Assembly (NCBI GenBank): GCA_002269645.1
Contig: NIVC01001873.1
Coordinates: forward strand, 62,001 to 126,000
From: Macrostomum lignano
Lineage: Eukaryota
Reading direction: 5' to 3'
Length of the DNA stretch: 64,000 nucleotides
In this document: one piece after another, positions 1-12,437 of the stretch
Layout: every line of letters starts with the position of its first letter
Position numbering within the stretch: position 1 is the first letter of the stretch
Translations under genes and position numbers: made by a program
The notes under the pieces: generated by a model
Told to the model about the DNA's origin: nothing
Seen by the model: the letters and a program-made list of their open reading frames with translations, nothing else
Database searches by the model: none

Positions 1-199
1 TTTACGCTTATGCCATAGACAAAATCTGCGGGCAACACACTGACGATTCCTTATAGGCCATCTTGCCCGCGAAATCGTGAGACAACGGGCTGTCTCTGTC
101 CTTTTTCAAGTTCTCTGTCCCAGAGGTCGAAGCAGAAATTCAGAAGAGTGGGGTAAGACAAAGCAACAGGAACCAAGAGATCTAGAATTTTAAATTCAA

Positions 200-1110
200 G
201 AAGATGCACTGCCGGATGACTTCCTTCAAAGGGATGTCTACATCGAAGAGAATGGCAGGCGCCACTTCATATTCGCACGCCAACGTCAACTGCAGCTGCT
301 GGGACGTTGCAAGGAGTGGTTTGGCGACAGAACCTTCTTCGTCGTGAAGGAGCCCTTTCTACAGCTCTACATCTTCCACAGCAATGTGCGCAAGAATGAG
401 TCAGTCAAACAGATACCGCTGGTCTACATTCTGATGTCCGGAAAGAGCAAGCGAGACTACCGACGTACGCTGCGGGCTCTCAAGGATATGCTTCCCAAGT
501 GCCGACTGACAAGCATCGTGCTCGATTACGAAGCTGAAATAATGTGCAGAGCTGCTAAGTCTGTCTTTCTGGCAGGTGTGAAACTGCATGGGGTGCAGTT
601 TTCACTATTCCCAGGCAATTTGGCGACACATCCAGTCAATGGGCCTGCAGCCAGCCTACGCGAACGACGAGACTGTACGAGCCTTCTGCCACAAATTGAT
701 GGCACTGCCGTTTCTGCCAGGCAATTGTATGCATATATGCTGCATTCACTGAGCTGCAGCAGACGATCCAGAACCAACAGCTGCGCGAGCTGTGCGAGTA
801 CCGCGTTGCCAACACATGGCTCAACAGCACAGTCTGGCAGCTGGACGAGATCAGCATCTTCCGCAGGAACATCAGAACAAACAATGGGCCTGAAGGCTAC
901 GATCTGCAACGCCTCAACCAAAGGGCACGGAGCGGCAACCTGGGCTTCTACAAGCTTGCCTCGCTCCTTTACGATGAAGCGAGGGTAGTCACTCTTCACG
1001 CCAAGCTGCATGGTGTCTCAGGAGCAGCTTAGCCGCTAACCGAGGCTTGCCCAGCGCACCAAGGAGGCCAAGCTGATGCGTTATTGGTCCAAGTAACAGG
1101 CAGGCACCAA
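200..1110 (+). pseudogene. Decayed Mutator-like (MULE) DDE transposase
   Basis: Frames give ...RRHFIFARQRQLQLLGRCKEWFGDRTFFVVKEPFLQLYIFH...PLVYILMSGKS...IVLDYE... and, after a frameshift, ...NIRTNNGPEGY. These match the MULE D(G)TF / DFE / RTNNxxEG catalytic motifs. Frameshifted, and DGTF has become DRTF. Confidence 0.8.
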
Positions 1111-1654
1111 AACGGCAGCTCAATTGCTAAGTGCTGCGACCAAGTATGTAGTCGCCAAGTGACCAATTGCTTTCGTGAGCATTGCGTAACTGTGAAAAAT
1201 GCATGAATATATTTACATTTTTTACATTTGTGCATAATACAGTGTAATTGTTTGTATTTGAACGAGCTGTAACTTTTATGTACATGTATGAGTATTTGCT
1301 TCAATATGTTATACTTTGTTCTAAAAAAAAACAATTATTATACATACTTTACAAGTGATACTTGTATTTTAGTGTAGCTACCTAGTATCTTATATATGTT
1401 CTGCAAATTGCTTTTGTTTTCAAATCAATGTAGACGAGCTCCGTGTATCACAAAAATCCAAACAAAAGTTAGCGACTTCCGAAATAAACTAACTCCGCAT
1501 TGTTATGGTTGCATGAATTATAACAGTGTTTATGTCTCTCAAAATATATTACACGTCTATCAAATTATATTGTAAAAAATTTATGCATTATATAAATATA
1601 AAATGCATCATTATTTTATAAAAACTTGGCAATATATACATGGTCGTCTTCTGG

Positions 1655-1700
1655 CGTTACCGAACTGTCCTGGAAAATGTTACCGAACTGTCTTGAATAT
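1655..1700 (+). repeat. Probable MULE terminal region (GTTACCGAACTGTC repeats)
   Basis: Two copies of GTTACCGAACTGTC downstream of the transposase; the same motif recurs at 5926-6002. Confidence 0.45.
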
Positions 1701-2170
1701 TGTGGCAGTCGGGTGCCACTGGTCTGAATTTTAATGAACTGTTTTATTTTTAATAGCCCTAATTTAAACTGTTAAAAAAATTAATTTTTTTCTGTCCGTT
1801 CGCTGATCATTTTTTCCCATGTTCCTTTGATTGAAGACCCAGTGAGTGTTTTGCCATCCCATTCTGTGGAAAAACAGTTTTCCCCCGCTGGAATTTTGCT
1901 TAATTTTTTTGTTTTATTTTCTCAATTTGCATGTCATTAAAGCCGTTCCATCCGTTGTGTCCACGAACGAGATTTTGGTCCACCAGCGCGACCAGCGGCA
2001 GCCCCACTCATTGACTGCGGCCTCCACATTAATATATTTATACAGCCCATGACGTGCCGCCTAAGGTTCATGCGTTTCTTCTCCTCCTCCACTTCAGTTT
2101 TCTTTTGTTTGCCAAGTTTAGTTCAATTTTACTTTTTTAACTCGTTTTGCGCACCGGCGCCCGCAATCAT

Positions 2171-2371
2171 TGTCGTCGTAACATATTAAACGCAAACCTC
2201 AGTAATTGTCCTAATTAGTAATAGCCTTAGTAACTTTCTTTAAAAAAAGGCTAAATAATAAACTGTCGTCGTCGTAATTGTCGTCGTAACATATTAAACG
2301 CAAACCTCAGTAATTGTCCTAATTAGTAATAGCCTTAGTAACTTTCTTTAAAAAAAGGCTAAATAATAAAC
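2171..2371. repeat. Tandem duplication, 108-bp period
   Basis: TGTCGTCGTAACATATTAAACG...CTAAATAATAAAC occurs at 2171 and again at 2279. Confidence 0.9.
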
Positions 2372-5300
2372 GAAACTTAATAAACATATAAACACCACCT
2401 TTATCTGTTGACATAAGCCATAGTATTTCTTTAGTCATTTGCCCGGGGGCGTAAAATAACCAAATTTCTCATCTCAAAGAAAGCTCTGAGACTTAATTCG
2501 TTCCGTAATACGTAAATTACGGTGGTGGCAGCAACTACCCTACTGAAAGTAACCAGCTCAGAAAATCAACACATTAATTACGGTGTCAGAATCTCCGGTG
2601 TTTTATCGTTTGAACGACCGCGCCGCTACAAGACCGCTCCGCTACGATTACGACTACCCTCCCCCCGGAAATTGAGGACCCCGCGGCTGTCGGAGTAAAA
2701 CAGGAGAAAGCAATTCGTTGTGATTCGTCTGCGCAATTTCCGGACTCATTCGTGCGAACTCAACGCCGATCGGTTACGAAAAACCCAAATACAAATTTTA
2801 TCTTTTATTTTCTTCTCCACCCGGGTAGTTCTCAAATTAAGGTCATGATGTTTTGGTACAGAAAAAAAGTTTTTGAATAAAGTAATTATTTTGCAAAAAC
2901 GATTCTTTCGTCAATTTAATTAAAAAAACTGCCGTTAAAACCACAAGAAACCAAATATTTAAGACGAAATCTAGCAATTTGTTATTTTTCGCAACGGAAA
3001 ATAAAACGACCAAAAATTGTGAAATAATGCAAGTTTTCTTTTATTTTTTTATAAATTAGATACATCTTTTATTCTATGTTTACTATTTAATAAGTATTAT
3101 TTCAATAGAAAATGTTATTTTTAAATCAACATTTTGTTTTTTTCGTATAAATTGCTTGTATTTAAAATTATCGCGTAACAAGAAACACCCGAAATAATTG
3201 ATATTGTACCACTCAAGAATTTAATATTGTACTTAAACACCGAAATATGATGCTTAAAATATACAAAACTGGTTTAGCTAAAAATTAGGCTTGCAAAATA
3301 TGTCTTTTAAAGCATTAAAAGTTTTTTTGAATTAGAATATATATAGTAAACGAGCTAGGAAGCCATTTCTTTTAAAACCTAAAATGCATGTATCTTTTTT
3401 CGAACAGACTTGCGTTTTTTTTAAAAAATAATTCAGCAAGCATTTATATTCTGCAACATAGCTTTAATACTGTTTTACTATTTTACTATACTATTTTCTT
3501 ATGCTGCATAACTACTAAAAGAACAGCTTATAAATTTAAATTAAATACTTTGGTCTTGGTAAGTTAATTAGCCTATTACAGACGTCTGACTCGGCAGCCA
3601 CATGGATCACTGCAATTGCTCTGGCGAACCTCTGTAATCGATTCTGGCCCTGCACTAGCTGTCATGCTCGGTATACAATTCGTCTCATTTGATAAATTAC
3701 GTCGATGCCTGCAGAACTAACCACATCCAAAGGACCACTGCACATCTTAGCATTGTGGCACATACAATGATGCTGGTGTTCTGGCAGAGAAACAGGTAAA
3801 AGTGCAGCAAATGGCATTACATATCCGTCCGAGAGGTGTGCAGTTTACAGTGCTTTAGCCAATTGGGTCAGTAGAATTAAATCGATCACATTAGAATAAA
3901 AGTAGATGTTCGCTGTACATGTAACAAACCAATAGCAAGACACTATTGGATGTCTTTCCCTTTTACTGATGCTCGTACATCAGCTGGCTGTCTCCACAGG
4001 CCACAGCTCATCGCATTCTCTGTTAACCGCCGCTTCAGTGCTGTCAGCCGCACTTAACTGTGTCTGGCCTCGGTATATAGAGTCAGTCCCAATGGAAAAT
4101 CATCATCTAAAACATATCTAAAGCGTAATTGTCAATCGAAGAGTAATATAAAATATAGTATGTCTGTTATGGTACTGCCATGACTAATCTGTTAAACACT
4201 TCACAAATTCGTGTGGCAGCACTCTGTAGAGATTCCATCTTTCTGTACCATATTTAACATTACATTGCCAGCATCAATGGCAATTAAGTTTTTTCTTTTG
4301 TCTTTTTTTCTTGTTAGTAGCTATATGCATCCAAAGGTGGAAAGTATCAACTGAATGTTTAAGTTGCTACATATATATCTTTAATGAATTGCAGAACATA
4401 TGAGAATGAATTTAATGTTTCAAAGAAATTAATTTTTTGTGCTTCAGACAGCTAATTTCATAGATAATAAATCAGATGCAAAATTGTTTTTATACTATTT
4501 CTTGACTAATCAAATCATGCAACTTTTTTATTATTCGTTACTCTTATTTTCTTTTCAGTTTCTACTACCTCTTGTTTTGACTCATTATGTTTACTTGTAA
4601 CTTACAATACAAATTTTAAATCAGTTAAAAAAATTGTGTGAAAACAACAAAAAACGACTGTTTTTAAGAGAAAAATAGTCAATTTTATCTACATAAATGA
4701 AATTCTGTTTGTTCTGACTAACATATTGGGTGATTAATAGCAAAAATTCATCTAAATACGAGCGTACATAAAAAACATCCAAAAAACCTAACAATATGCT
4801 GAGAAATTTTTTTTTCATAACTAGAGACAAAAAAGTGGTACTTTTTCTCATCCCACAGATGAGGACTTTAAATTAAAATAACTTTGGTGCTACTTGCTTT
4901 GTTGTAGTCAGCGCAATCTCTCTTTGTTAGGTTAATTTTGTGCTATTGAAAAAAACTTAAAATTGAATTTATTTAACTTTTCTTTTTTAATATAGAATGA
5001 AACTGCCTTAATTGATACTTTAGTGTTAGATATGACTATCTTTCTTAAAAAAACAGCAGAAAACGCAGCTATTAGCTTATTCTATCAACAGAACAAATTA
5101 ATTAAAAGTGAATTTTTTAATCATTCATAATGTTACGTTTCTAGCAAAAATCGAAATAGCAACATCTGCTTTGCAATCGAAAGATTTAAATGGGTTCTAG
5201 GTTGTGTTAACCAAAGTATAAATAACATTTATCAATTTTCTTCTTTAATAAGACCACGTGAACAGAATGTAGCCTCTCTAAAGTGGGTATTATAGCTCGT

Positions 5301-5512
5301 GCGATAATAAAAATATATATCGAAAAATGAAATAGCGCACTCTGATGAGATTAACATCAAAAGTTCAATGTTAAAAAAGATTAAGACCCATGAGAGGCAT
5401 ATATTTTTTAAGTCCTTTTAGAGCTAAAATAAGAAAAGATTCAATATTTCAGGCTAATTTTCAAAAATATTTGTTTCACTGCTTACGACTAAACTTTGAG
5501 AACGACCCCCGC

Positions 5513-5892
5513 GGGTCTCCCTAAAACACGCCCCGCACCGCCCTGCAGCGCTACACATTAAAACAAATTGGACTATAACTGAAGACACTTCAAAATGCGT
5601 TTTCTGTTAAGCTTCAAAGTTTTTATTAAATTAAGTTTTTTTACTATGAAATATAAAATTCGGTGAATAATAAGTGATATTATTAATAATTAATAAAAAA
5701 TGAAAACAAGAATATAAAAAATAATAACAATATTTATAATAATAATTAAAGATATTTATAATAATAATTAAAGATATTTATTCCATTACTCGTACAACAA
5801 ATAGTTTTCTTTACAATTAAATACTGCATTGACAAAAAATGTTATAATGTGTAGCGGTTCGGGGCGGTGCGGTGCGTGTTTTAGGGAGACCC
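5513..5892. mobile_element. MITE, 380 bp, ~48-bp TIRs, 8-bp TSD ACCCCCGC
   Basis: GGGTCTCCCTAAAACACG...CTACACATTA (5513-5560) is inverted at 5845-5892; ACCCCCGC is duplicated at 5505-5512 and 5893-5900; core is AT-rich. Confidence 0.9.
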
Positions 5893-5904
5893 ACCCCCGC
5901 CACC

Positions 5905-6002
5905 AACTTGGAACTGTCCTTGCTGTTACCGAACTGTCCTTGCTGTGCCTGTTACCGAACTGTCTGTTACCGAATTGTCTGTTACCGAACTGTCCTGTAT
6001 TC
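5905..6002 (+). repeat. Second copy of the MULE-like terminal repeat cluster
   Basis: Four or five copies of (GTTACC)GAACTGTC ending in CTGTATTC; same motif as 1655-1700. Confidence 0.5.
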
Positions 6003-6729
6003 AAAATAATTTTGTTGTGAGTGGCAGCATTGCTTTTTATATAATATACTATTATTATATAATGACTAATAATAATTAATAATAACAATTGTATATGATT
6101 AGGCCCTAGCTAGCCTATAGATCTAAATTCTAAATTAGATTCTAAATCAGAATTTTACTCCTCTCTTTATTATCTTGTCAATAGAATAAAGGATACTGAT
6201 TATTAGTAATTCAACAATTTTTCTTTTATAATTTATTTTTTATTCTCTTTTTGATAAATCATCCATATTGAATTTAATGAAAGTAAAAAACAGCAGATAA
6301 CTTAGATCTTAAGTGGTATTTTTTAAACTTTGATTTAAGCTTTAGACTACATGTTCAAGGCACAAGGGTAAAAACTTGAAACAATGTTTATTTCAATGCC
6401 ACACTTAGAGACATGGCGACTGTGTCTATGATGCAAAAACTTATAGACATGGCAGCCGTGTCTAATAATGACTAAGTCCATACTTACATACAGCAAGCTG
6501 ATACATACAGCAGCCGTGTCGTTAATATTGAATGGGTTCATACTTAGAGACACGGTGGGTGGCAGTGTCGTTAATATTGACTAGGTTCACACTTAAAGAC
6601 ACAGTGGGTGGCCATGTCTCTAATATTGGACCATTGGAGCTTAAAGGCATGGCTGCCATGTATGCAATCATCGATCAGATGAAAAAAGAGAAAAGTTGTA
6701 AGGGAGTTTTTTAACTTGAAAGTTTTTAA

Positions 6730-6885
6730 AAATTAAATTAAATTAAATTTTTAAGAGTAACACAAAATCTTAAAAAAGTGTGGCTATAATTACATATGAA
6801 AAAGAAATATTCTTTCGATACATATCGGCCACACTTAAAGATTAAGTGTTACTCTTATTAAAAAAATTAATTTAATTTATTTTAA
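6730..6885. repeat. Foldback / imperfect inverted repeat
   Basis: TAAGAGTAACAC...AAGTGTGGC on the left is mirrored by GCCACACTT...GTGTTACTCTTA on the right, with matching AT-rich outer arms. Confidence 0.7.
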
Positions 6886-7169
6886 TTTATTATTTTACAA
6901 GCTGTTGAAACCCGCGGATTTTGAACCCTGGGAATTTCAATCCCTGGAACTATTTTTGCATGTACTCGTATTCTAAAATCTGAGGTCAAACTCAAACAAA
7001 AACTCGTTAATATATAGTTAGGTTAGAGTTAAACATAAAATAGAGTACATTTGTGAAAAATTAGGATTTGAGGCAAACATTTATATTGTTGGCTGGGGTG
7101 CTGCGAACAGGCAAACTCTGGCCTCTGCCTCTCCTTATGTCCCTTGGATTCTTAGAAACTTTGACCTTC

Positions 7170-7436
7170 TCTTCTGTTTCCTCTCCCTCTCTTGTCTCTG
7201 TCTCTTCTCTCTCTCTCTCTCTCCTATCCCCTATTCTCTCGTCTATTCTCTCTTCCTTCTATTTTTTTATCCCTCCTCTCCTCCCTCCTCTCTACTCTCT
7301 CCTCTCTCCTCTCTTCTATTGTCTCTTCCCTCACCTCTCTTCTCTCTTGTCTTTGCTCTCTTATCTATCTCTTCTTTTATCTTTTCTCTCTTCTCTCTTC
7401 TCATTCTTTCTGCATGTTTTCTCCTCTCTCTTTCCT

Positions 7437-7515
<79 letters not shown>

Positions 7516-8235
7516 ATCTCTCTGCTCTCTCCTGTCCCATATCTTTTTCTCCTCTAATCTCTCCCCTGTTTCCTCTCCTCTCTCATCCTTTCTCCAATTT
7601 TTCCTGTCCTCTCGGTTTTCTCCCCTCCCCTCCTCTCTCCTCACTCACTTCTCTCTCCCTTTGTCTCACCTCTCATCTCTTATTTCTATCCTTTTTTTCT
7701 TTTCACTCTCCCATCTCTCGTCTATTCACTCTCGTCTCTGGTCTCTCATCCCCCTCTCTCATCTGCCATCTTTACTCACTTATACTCGTATGTTTTCTCA
7801 CCTCTCTTATCTGTACTCTTCTCTTTCCCCTCTTTTGACTCCTCTCTTTCCTTTCTCCTTTTTCCCTTCTCTTCTCTTCCCTCTTCTATTCTCTCCCTCT
7901 CTTGTCTTCTCTCTTCTTTCTTCACTCTCCTCTCTCCTCTCATATATCGCGTTCACTCTCATCTTTGCTCTCTACCCCCTCTCTCTTCTGTCATCTTTAC
8001 TCTCCACTCTCCTGTGTACTCTTCTCTTTCCCATCTACTGAATCCTCTCTTCTTACTCCTCTTCTCTTCCCTCTTCTATACTCTCTCCCCTCTATTCTCT
8101 TCTCTTGTCTCTTTGCACTCTGCTCTCTCTTCCTTCATCTCTCATCTCTACTCTCTCATCTCCACAATCTCATCTTTCCTCTCTCCTCTTCTTCCCTTTA
8201 CTCTATCATTTCTCCTTTCTCCTCTCTTCTTTCTC

Positions 8236-8291
<56 letters not shown>

Positions 8292-8580
8292 TCTTATCTC
8301 CTCTCTTCTCACTCCTCTCTCCCTCTCTCTCCCCTCCTATCTCCTCTCTGTTCTCTATTCTCTATTCTCTTCTCACTCTTCTCTACTCTCCTCTCTCATC
8401 GATCCTCTGTCTCATCTCTCCCCTCTCTTTCTTCCTCTTCTCACCTCTACTCTTTCCTCTCCCTCCTGTCTCCCTTCCTCTCGCTTCCTCCTCCCATATT
8501 CTCTGCTCTCTCCTCATCTTCACCCCACTCGTCTCTCCTGTTATCTTATATCTTTTCTCTTACCCCCCTCTCGCCCTTCT
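7170..8580. repeat. CT-rich low-complexity tract with (CT)n microsatellites
   Basis: Polypyrimidine tract; pure (CT)n at ~7437-7510 and ~8238-8288. Confidence 0.95.
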
Positions 8581-8659
8581 GGCTCTCTACAAGTATCAAA
8601 AAGGCCAGCCTTCACTAGCCTAGAAAAACTGCTGCAAATGAAGTGCAATGCAAAAAGAA

Positions 8660-9320
8660 AACATCCCAGGACAGCAAGCAACCCCCCAGATAGCAAGCAC
8701 CCCCAGATAGCAAGCATCTCCAGATAGCAAGCACCCCCAGATAGCAGGCACCCCAGATAGCAAGCATCCACCTAATAGCAAGCACCCCAAGATAGCAAGC
8801 ACCCTTAGATAGCAAGTACCCCCCAGATAGCAAGCACCCCCAGATAGCAAGCATCCACCTAATAGCAAGCACTCCAAGATAGCAGGCACCCCAGATAGCA
8901 AGCATCCACCTAATAGCAAGCACCCCAAGATAGCAAGCACCCTTAGATAGCAAGTACCCCCCAGATAGCAAGCACCCCCAGATAGCAAGCATCCACCTAA
9001 TAGCAAGCACTCCAAGATAGCAGGCACCCAGATAGCAAGCATCCACCTAATAGCAAGCACCCCCAGATAGCTAGAACCCCCAAGATAGCAAGCATCCCCC
9101 CCAGATAGCAAGAACCCCAGATAGCACGCATCTCCAGATAGCAAGCACTCCAAGATAGCAGGCACCCCAGATAGCAAGCATCCACCTAATAGCAAGCACC
9201 CCCAGATAGCAAGCACCCCCAGATAGCAAGCACCCCAGATAGCAAGCACCCCCAGATAGCAAGCACCCCCAGATAGCACGCATCTCCAGGTAGCAAGCAC
9301 TCCAAGATAGTAGGCACCCC
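8660..9320. repeat. Minisatellite, ~17-19 bp unit (CAGATAGCAAGCACCCC)
   Basis: Visible tandem array. Confidence 0.95.
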
Positions 9321-9324
9321 ATTT

Positions 9325-9780
9325 ATGTTTGACATGGTAGCTGTTTTGTGTTTGACATGGTGGCTCTTTAATTTTTGACATGGTGGCTCTTTTATATTTG
9401 ACATGGTGGCTTTTTAATGTTTGACCTGGTGGCATTTTAATGTCTGCAATGATGGCTCTTTAATGTCTGACATGGAGTCACTTATACGCTTGACATGGTG
9501 GCTCTTTAATGTTTGGCATGGTGGCACTTTAATGTCTGAAATGGAGTCATGTATACGCTTGACATGGTGACTCGTTGATGTTTGACATAGTGGCTCTTTT
9601 ATGTTCGACATGGTGGCTCTTTAATGTTTGACCTGGTGGCACCTTAATGTCTGTAATGATGGCTTTTTAATGTTCGACATGGTGGCTCTTTAATGTTCGA
9701 CATGGTGGCTCTTTAATGTTCGACATGGAATCACATATATGTTTGACATGGTGGCCTTTAATGTTTGAAATGGTGCCACT
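9325..9780. repeat. Degenerate minisatellite, ~23-bp unit (TTGACATGGTGGCTCTTTAATGT)
   Basis: Visible tandem array. Confidence 0.9.
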
Positions 9781-9899
9781 TTTGTTGTGCTTCTTTTATG
9801 TTTAGCATTTTGTTTTTAAGATGTTTAAATATAAAAATTATTTTGCACTACTAAGTTTCGAACCCAGGTCGCTACATTAGCATTCCAGTCTGTTCGCAT

Positions 9900-10395
9900 C
9901 AGGGCTATCTCTTGTCGATTGGAGAACATGAATTGTGGCCCTTATAATTCAATTCTTATAGCAAATCGGTTGGAGTAAAAAGTTATGACATAATCAATTT
10001 CTCAGTCAGCCAGTATCAGTCTCAATTTAAGTTAGCAGTATGGTTACGCAATTTAAATCAAGTCGGGTGTGCATTTCTTCGACACTGTTTTCAACTTGCT
10101 GTGATGCAATCTTTATCAGAATTGAAATTCAGTCAGTCAGGTTTTTCTCTAGCATTCTTACAATGCATTTCAGGTCGAAAGAGCTGCTTGACCTTCGCAG
10201 AAAATCATGTTTTTCGAATATTTAATCCCTTTAATATTAATCAATTTCTTAGCCAAGATGCATGCACCATCCCAGGAAAATTTTTTATCGAATGGTGCAA
10301 GTTTGAAGAGAATCGGTTGAGCCATTCTCGAAAAAATCTATTACACGCACGCACGCACGCACGAATACAGCGCAAAATTAGTATATAGAGATTAG
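9900..10395 (+). mobile_element. Possible DINE-1/HINE-like (Helentron-associated) non-autonomous element
   Basis: AAGTTTGAAGAGAATCGGTTGAG followed by a (CACG)n microsatellite and an end of TATATAGAGAT; recalled as the typical HINE layout; boundaries approximate. Confidence 0.4.
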
Positions 10396-10587
10396 TATAT
10401 TAGCATTCATTTTACATTGAAAGTAGTATTATTATAACAATTTACAGTGGTAGACATCAAATATTCAAAATCTAAGCACTTTATATTGTTGGCATTTGTT
10501 TCCCAATGCGGAGCGGTTGTTCCACCGTCTCTAGCGATCTCGCTCACTGCCCACTAAATCCTAAACAACACAAGCAACTAATAAAAC

Positions 10588-10785
10588 ATGACCCGCGGCA
10601 ACCAGCGCGATCTGGCTAGGGCTAAGAATGCCAAAAAGCAGGCCGAGCAGGGCAAGAAAAAGGCCGCTAACGAGAAGAATGGCAACAGAGGCCTGACGCT
10701 GGAGGAGCGCCGTCAACGGGACGCTGAGATACTTCGACAAAAGCAGCAGAAAGCTGCTGAGAAGGCGGCCGGAGAAAAGAAATGA
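10588..10785 (+). CDS. SERF: Small EDRK-rich factor (SERF/4F5/MOAG-4 family), 65 aa, single exon
   Basis: N-terminus MTRGNQRDLARAKNAKK is diagnostic; AATAAA at ~10986. Confidence 0.95.
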   Translation: MTRGNQRDLARAKNAKKQAEQGKKKAANEKNGNRGLTLEERRQRDAEILRQKQQKAAEKAAGEKK

Positions 10786-11007
10786 TGGACAGGTGGCGAA
10801 GAGAAGAGGGGGAGCTGTCGATAAGACTCTTAATCCTGGACTAATATTCGTGCGCATACAGCAGTTCTCTACTTGCCCGACTGCTCTTAAGCAAGTTATT
10901 AAGTCCAAGTTCATACATGCGCAACCCCGCTGATTTACACCGGCCGTACGACTTACTTTTTGACCAAAAATGCAACTTACCTATGAATAAAAACAAGGAA
11001 AGTTTTT

Positions 11008-11073
11008 GGGTAAACGGTGGGAGTAACTATAACTGTATTATTGAGCCTAAATGCATCGTCAGGTAATTAGTGC
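11008..11073 (+). other. Degenerate fragment of 28S rRNA domain IV (R2/I-PpoI target region)
   Basis: GGGTAAACGGTGGGAGTAACTATAACTGTATTATTGAGCCTAAATGCATCGTCAGGTAATTAGTG aligns by eye with conserved 28S GGGTAAACGGCGGGAGTAACTATGACTCTCTTAAGGTAGCCAAATGCCTCGTCATCTAATTAGTG. Confidence 0.8.
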
Positions 11074-12042
11074 CCTAACAGTTTTTTTCGGTGGGCATTT
11101 TCGCGACCTACCTCGGCTGGGCCCCTTGCCAGCCGGCCGGGTGTTGCGCGTGTACGACTCCAAGTAATTGAAAACTTTGCAACAGTTTTGTTGATTGGCA
11201 AGACAGAGAATTGCATACTTAGTAATCGTATTGTATATGAGTATTAGCTGACAAATCTATAACAAATATTTTTGCTTGTTTATAAACAAGGGCAATTCGA
11301 ATTTGAAAGCAAGGTTGAACTTATTTATTCAGTCTTGCACTTTGCATGGGCCTTTCCTTTTTTTAAATTCGACCGCTCCTAATAAAACAGGCAACAACAC
11401 GCACTTTATATATATAACCTACTAATAGTACTGTAGCGCGCTTCATTCTATATTATTGTACTTATTTTTGCGTCAATTTAATCAACAAAACCCAGTTGAA
11501 ACGCACCGAAAGTAAGTGCTAAATTTGCTACTCACAAGTAGGCCCCTTGGCGATGCGTGTGTACAAACACTGTTCGAGCTATCTCAGTCTCCGCTTGTTA
11601 TGTTCGTTGTAGTTGCTCTGATATAGGATTATAGGAAGGCAAACCTCGAAAGTTCAGTTAATTTTGCAGTCCACTTTTACATTTGGTTGGTTTGTTTTTT
11701 TCTAATTTCACGAGACGGTGGCTTCAAAGCGGCAACAGTGATAGGTTTTTTGTACAACTATATTAATTCATTGGCTGACGGGTTCACCTTGTCAGTCTGT
11801 TTAATTTAAATATACCTGCCCTTTTCCTTTTATTCATTCATTGTCTAATTGTCGGCTGAGAAATTATTAACTTAAACTATTTATTGCTAGCTAGAATTTT
11901 CTGCCAAGTATTATTTATTTCCTTAACGTGACTAGTGCTTAGGTTAGTGTAATAGAACAGTGGACACTCCACAGGCTGCAGTAGTCAGTGCTGCATTTGC
12001 ACTATTGAGTCTGTATATGGACGTTTTTTAAGTTCAGTATTT

Positions 12043-12437
12043 TCCATGTTTGTCATCATTGCCGTCAGCACTTTCCATGTTGGTCATCATTGCCGTCAGC
12101 ACTTTCCATGTTGGTCATCATTGCCGTCAGCACTTTCCATTTTGGTCATCATTGCCGTCAGCACTTTCCATGTTGGTCATCATTGCCGTCAGCACTTTCC
12201 ATGTTGGTCATCATTGCCGTCAGCACTTTCCATTTTGGTCATCATTGCCGTCAGCACTTTCCATGTTGGTCATCATTGCCGTCAGCACTTTCCATGTTGG
12301 TCATCATTGCCGTCAGCACTTTCCATTTTGGTCATCATTGCCGTCAGCACTTTCCATGTTGGTCATCATTGCCGTCAGCACTTTCCATGTTGGTCATCAT
12401 TGCCGTCAGCACTTTCCATGTTGGTCATCATTGCCGT
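12043..12437. repeat. Minisatellite, 31-bp unit (TTGGTCATCATTGCCGTCAGCACTTTCCATG)
   Basis: About 12 nearly identical copies. Confidence 0.95.

Noticed and set aside
5341-5380. CTGATGAG as a hammerhead ribozyme core
   Set aside because: No stem II or GAAAC in the required position
7068-9435. Leu/Ser-rich and CYLG-repeat ORFs
   Set aside because: CT-rich low complexity and an 18-bp satellite
9850-9910. Minus-strand GGTTCGAAAC B-box, tRNA-like
   Set aside because: No cloverleaf and a poor A box; at most a SINE-head relic
12043-12437. CRISPR-like appearance of this and other arrays
   Set aside because: Head-to-tail units without unique spacers, no cas genes, eukaryotic context
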